From the sequence record OQ938541.1: 64,000 bases of DNA, one strand, 5' to 3'. Made by a program: the position numbers and the translations under genes. This document shows, one piece after another, positions 60,846 through 64,000 of this stretch. Under the pieces are notes generated by a model. The model was not told the origin of the DNA, searched no databases, and worked only from the letters and a program-made list of their open reading frames with translations. The stretch comes from Escherichia phage vB_EcoP_PE006. How positions within the stretch are numbered: position 1 is the first letter of the stretch; each line of letters opens with the position of its first letter.

Positions 60846-61097
60846 TCAAGTACAAGCAGGGAGAGTGATGATTTTATACTGACCTTCGAACTCTCCAAAT
60901 AAACCCAAGAATGTAGGACTGTAAGTACCAGTACAAACAAACTCATCAAACAATGCGTTATAGCTAGGCTTAATCTTCCAAGCCCATACATAACCCATCT
61001 TGTCAATTGCAATGTAACGAGTGTTCAGAGGAACAGTCATCATCACATCATCAACTTCGATCACTTTAGTTATTGGTGCAGCTTGGAAGTTTTTCAT
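60846..61097 (-). CDS. hypothetical protein
   Basis: 83-aa ORF. Confidence 0.35.
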   Translation of the reverse strand: MKNFQAAPITKVIEVDDVMMTVPLNTRYIAIDKMGYVWAWKIKPSYNALFDEFVCTGTYSPTFLGLFGEFEGQYKIITLPACT

Positions 61098-61279
61098 ACT
61101 TTACCTTTGATAAAAATGTCATTACCACAGACACAGCATGAACGAACAACAGTAGCGCCACGCTGAACTATACGAACCTCTTCCTTAACCAGATTAACAC
61201 GAGCACCACAGCAAGGAGAGTTAACATAAGAGTAACCAGCTTGTGTATTCTTGATTGTTTGCTTAGACATTTGATTCAA
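61094..61279 (-). CDS. zinc-ribbon protein
   Basis: CCGARVNL ... CCVCGNDIF. Confidence 0.35.
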   Translation of the reverse strand: MNQMSKQTIKNTQAGYSYVNSPCCGARVNLVKEEVRIVQRGATVVRSCCVCGNDIFIKGKV

Positions 61280-61679
61280 GATCTCTCAGTTGTTTAGCCA
61301 ATTGTTCACACTCGTTGATGCAGAACGCTTCTGTTCTTGGAACCCCGTTAGGGTTGAACCGTGTCTTATCACATGCATGGGCACAATCAAATCCGATTGT
61401 ATCCAAACCACCCATCTCTTCAAGGGTGTCTTGCCATGTGACGCCACCATGAACGTCCACATAACAAACAACCTTTTCCTCTCCGTTATATCCGGTGAAG
61501 TTTTTATGTTTCAAGCTATCTGGTAACTCTACATACCCACATAAGTGGGAATTGTTCATGTGCATAATCACAGCACGAAGACCTGATTTAGTTTCCCAAC
61601 TTTTAACTATGCGTCTCATATAAGCACCTCTTGTTAGTTTAAGTAAGAGTTGTCCCTTAATTAAAACAACAAAGGCCAC
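61263..61679 (-). CDS. hypothetical protein
   Basis: 138-aa ORF. Confidence 0.4.
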   Translation of the reverse strand: MAFVVLIKGQLLLKLTRGAYMRRIVKSWETKSGLRAVIMHMNNSHLCGYVELPDSLKHKNFTGYNGEEKVVCYVDVHGGVTWQDTLEEMGGLDTIGFDCAHACDKTRFNPNGVPRTEAFCINECEQLAKQLRDLESNV

Positions 61680-61703
61680 CCGATTGGGCAGCCTTTCTTT
61701 TAT

Positions 61704-61946
61704 TCAAAGAGCATGTATTTGCAGCTCTCGAAGTTTCATAGCCACATAAGAGTTAGAAGAAACAATCCACTTATGAAAGACTACCTTAGCACCAGTTCGA
61801 GAACAGCCTAACTCTTGTGCAAGCTTACTGAACACATCACCATCTTCTGCAAAGAAGAAAGGGGCACAACGACAGATCGCTTTTTGTTCTTTGTTAGTTA
61901 CCATATGTCCAGTTGCCTTGCTTGTTACGGATGACTGACATTGCAT
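61704..61946 (-). CDS. hypothetical small protein (possible HTH)
   Basis: 80-aa ORF; LAQELGCSRTGAKVVFHKW HTH-like segment. Confidence 0.3.
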   Translation of the reverse strand: MQCQSSVTSKATGHMVTNKEQKAICRCAPFFFAEDGDVFSKLAQELGCSRTGAKVVFHKWIVSSNSYVAMKLRELQIHAL

Positions 61947-62295
61947 GAATCCAGAAGCCTTCCAGTTTCAGAGCACCGTTAGCTACTGCATCCATACGTT
62001 CAGGGCGGTTCATACGTTTGGTTGATACTTTCATACCTATCTCTCTTTGTTAGTGGAGGCATTATTGCCAGTTGATATAGCGGATGACTCTTATAATAGA
62101 GCCACCTACTCTACAAACTGGTGAAGACTCCCTACCCCTAGGAAGTCTCCTGAATCCCAAACCAATACGTACCCCTACATATCGGAAAGTCTTTCGAAAA
62201 TTAACAGGTTTTAGTCTAGCACCGGATGTTCGAGCAAGCTCTCCCTAGCGGTGTGGCATATGCCTGATTAATAAGTTAATGAGGAACACCCTCAC

Positions 62296-62323
62296 ATAGC
62301 CCTCTGATAAACACAAGGGCTAT
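62296..62323 (-). repeat. conserved intergenic hairpin module, copy 2
   Basis: ATAGCCCT ... AGGGCTAT 8-bp stem, 12-nt loop, then GTGAG / GGTGTTCCTCA on the - strand, directly after a stop codon. Confidence 0.4.
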
Positions 62324-62332
62324 AAGTCGATG

Positions 62333-62551
62333 TTACTTTTGAGATAAACACAGATCAGGACGTGGCATAACAGTGGTTGATAGACCGAAGACTTCAACAG
62401 AACCACTGCTCAAGTTAGCAGCCTTACACAAACCATCAGGGGTTTTATCTTCTAGCATCAGCCAGAAACGTTTATCGTAAGAGAAAACATCACCACCCTT
62501 AACGTCTTCTGCATTTGCATATTTAGGATAATCAACTACTTTAATGTCCAT
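62333..62551 (-). CDS. small protein (paralog of 59760-59981)
   Basis: 72-aa ORF; see paralog alignment. Confidence 0.4.
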   Translation of the reverse strand: MDIKVVDYPKYANAEDVKGGDVFSYDKRFWLMLEDKTPDGLCKAANLSSGSVEVFGLSTTVMPRPDLCLSQK

Positions 62552-62809
62552 CTAATTGCCCTTATTGGTAATTACTGCATCAGGGATAAGGATTACAGGA
62601 AGACCTGAATCAAGCTTCATAACCTGATTAGATCTTAAACCAAGTACAACTGTTCCAGAATCTTTCTTGTTTGACTCCGTTACATGTGGAGTGAATAAAT
62701 TAACAACCAAATAATGATCGACACGCGTAGCTTTAACTTGGAACACGTCCCCAATCTTTAAATCACCCACTGTAAGATCTGGGTCTTTCATCTCAAGATC
62801 AATCTTCAT
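62552..62809 (-). CDS. hypothetical small protein
   Basis: 85-aa ORF, tightly packed with neighbours. Confidence 0.35.
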   Translation of the reverse strand: MKIDLEMKDPDLTVGDLKIGDVFQVKATRVDHYLVVNLFTPHVTESNKKDSGTVVLGLRSNQVMKLDSGLPVILIPDAVITNKGN

Positions 62810-63056
62810 CTTTAGCCTCTATGTTGGTTATATGGAGATCACTACGCACTTGGCAGATCTCGTCTCGGTTAATACCGGTCAGTGTTCCGGATACCACATT
62901 AACACATTTAACATGATAGTCAGATGTGGAGTCTGTTCTTATATAAAGAATGCCTCGGAAAGAAAACAAAACTCCAGGCTTCATGTTAGTTAAGCGAATC
63001 GTTGTATGATCATGCTTAATATTAACTTTCACTGTTAATCTCCTGCTGCTTAGCAA
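62799..63056 (-). CDS. hypothetical small protein
   Basis: 85-aa ORF. Confidence 0.35.
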   Translation of the reverse strand: MLSSRRLTVKVNIKHDHTTIRLTNMKPGVLFSFRGILYIRTDSTSDYHVKCVNVVSGTLTGINRDEICQVRSDLHITNIEAKDED

Positions 63057-63318
63057 TAGCTACTCGCAAGTCTTCATTAGCACGAGCAAGGCGCAACACT
63101 TCATGATTGAGATTCTGAAGACGCTTGTTTCTGTCCTCTACTTGCATAATAAGATCGTTAAGAGTTGCTTTAACTTTCTCATTATACATCTCATCCACTC
63201 GGACTAGGGACTTATACATTCTCTCCCAGCTTGCTGCTTTGTTTCTAAGGATAATAAATCCTATAACGCTGATAGTTAAACAGCTTACAAAAAGGAATTT
63301 ATATACTTCTAAAGTCAT
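63022..63318 (-). CDS. membrane-anchored coiled-coil protein
   Basis: N-terminal TM (LFVSCLTISVIGFIIL) followed by helical region. Confidence 0.35.
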   Translation of the reverse strand: MTLEVYKFLFVSCLTISVIGFIILRNKAASWERMYKSLVRVDEMYNEKVKATLNDLIMQVEDRNKRLQNLNHEVLRLARANEDLRVAIAKQQEINSES

Positions 63319-63518
63319 ATTATTTACCCTTTTATCAGAGATTAAAAGTAATATTATTTAAGTAAGTTATATTTAGTAAACTTATTTTCTAAGAAATTTT
63401 CAAAGGGTCTATATACAGAGCATTACCCATAGTCCCAGAATACTACCATCTTTTTCAATAAATTTACTAAGTGGTTGGTTTATAAAGGAATTTAGTTTGT
63501 CAAATCTGGCACTAGTGA

Positions 63519-63908
63519 TTACTCCCTAGAGCTATTATCGAACACTAAATCACCACAATACATAGGATTGGCATACCATTTTGGCACCCCTTCGCTCTTA
63601 CTCTGAAAGTAAGTCCCACTATACAGCGGAACATAATTCTTCTTAAGGGCACGTTTAGCAAGTCGCTCGCTTTCTCCAATGGCTTGCTTAGTCATCGGAT
63701 TCTTATCACGAATCAGCTTTACATAACGTTTATAAGGTTTCTCCTGTTTTAATAATACCGGAATCCACTCAAACTGGTTCTTTTGTCTTATCACCTGTTC
63801 AGCGGTCAGTTTTCGTTGGGCCATTCTATTTATCACGGTGTCCGCAACTAAAGCCTTACATGCGGTTGGCTGGTTCCCTGCCTCATAATAAATAGTCAAT
63901 GTCAACAT
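63519..63908 (-). CDS. cell-wall hydrolase-like protein (SleB/Hydrolase_2-like, tentative)
   Basis: LTIYYEAGNQPTACKALVADTVINRMAQ ... QKNQFEWIP resembles the aEArGE ... NR ... QF signature. Confidence 0.4.
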   Translation of the reverse strand: MLTLTIYYEAGNQPTACKALVADTVINRMAQRKLTAEQVIRQKNQFEWIPVLLKQEKPYKRYVKLIRDKNPMTKQAIGESERLAKRALKKNYVPLYSGTYFQSKSEGVPKWYANPMYCGDLVFDNSSRE

Positions 63909-64000
63909 TAGCTGGGCCGTTGTTATCAGAACTTGCTACCTCCTGTTTTACGGGCATAAAAAAGCCCCAGCCGTAGCCGGGGCAAACCTGAAAGCAACAC

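Noticed and set aside
60838-61012. Upstream part of the 160-aa track ORF 60530-61012
   Set aside because: It overlaps gene 60846-61097 in another frame; a GTG start near 60837 yields a clean signal peptide and resolves the overlap.

Overview
The whole window reads as bacteriophage DNA, with no bacterial chromosome backbone and no rRNA, tRNA or CRISPR array found by eye. Two convergent transcription blocks meet at a bidirectional hairpin terminator near 25.45 kb. (1) + strand, 1-25436: a virion/morphogenesis module (portal C-terminus, scaffold, major capsid protein with a -1 frameshift Ig-like extension, two tail-fibre genes, GH24 lysozyme, Big_2-domain proteins, lytic transglycosylase, Q/N-rich tandem paralogs, a ~1500-aa helical protein). 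(2) - strand, 64000 down to 25481: many small host-takeover-type ORFs (59-64 kb), then a replication and nucleotide-metabolism module (primase-helicase, separate 3'-5' exonuclease, family-A DNA polymerase split by a group I intron carrying an HNH endonuclease, SSB, FEN exonuclease, ThyX, dCTP deaminase, thioredoxin, PhoH, ECF-like sigma factor, spanin pair). The most unusual content is a ~10 kb block (46.6-57.2 kb, - strand) encoding a GGCT/AIG2-like protein, a RimK-like ATP-grasp ligase, a class-II (N-terminal Cys) glutamine-amidotransferase-like domain fused to a large Cys-rich domain, two GS-like amidoligase paralogs and several large unassignable proteins; I read this as a candidate peptide-tagging or small-molecule/base modification system. 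A conserved TAATGTATA element sits about 35-40 nt upstream of several start codons on both strands and is probably the promoter class of the phage sigma factor. The overall layout is that of a lytic podovirus-like phage; I recall phiEco32-like phages having a similar sigma factor and promoter element, but this is from memory, not a search. All functional calls rest on motifs read by eye from the supplied translations; no database search was run. Several additional sub-60-aa ORFs with good Shine-Dalgarno sequences exist in the intergenic gaps and only a few are listed.
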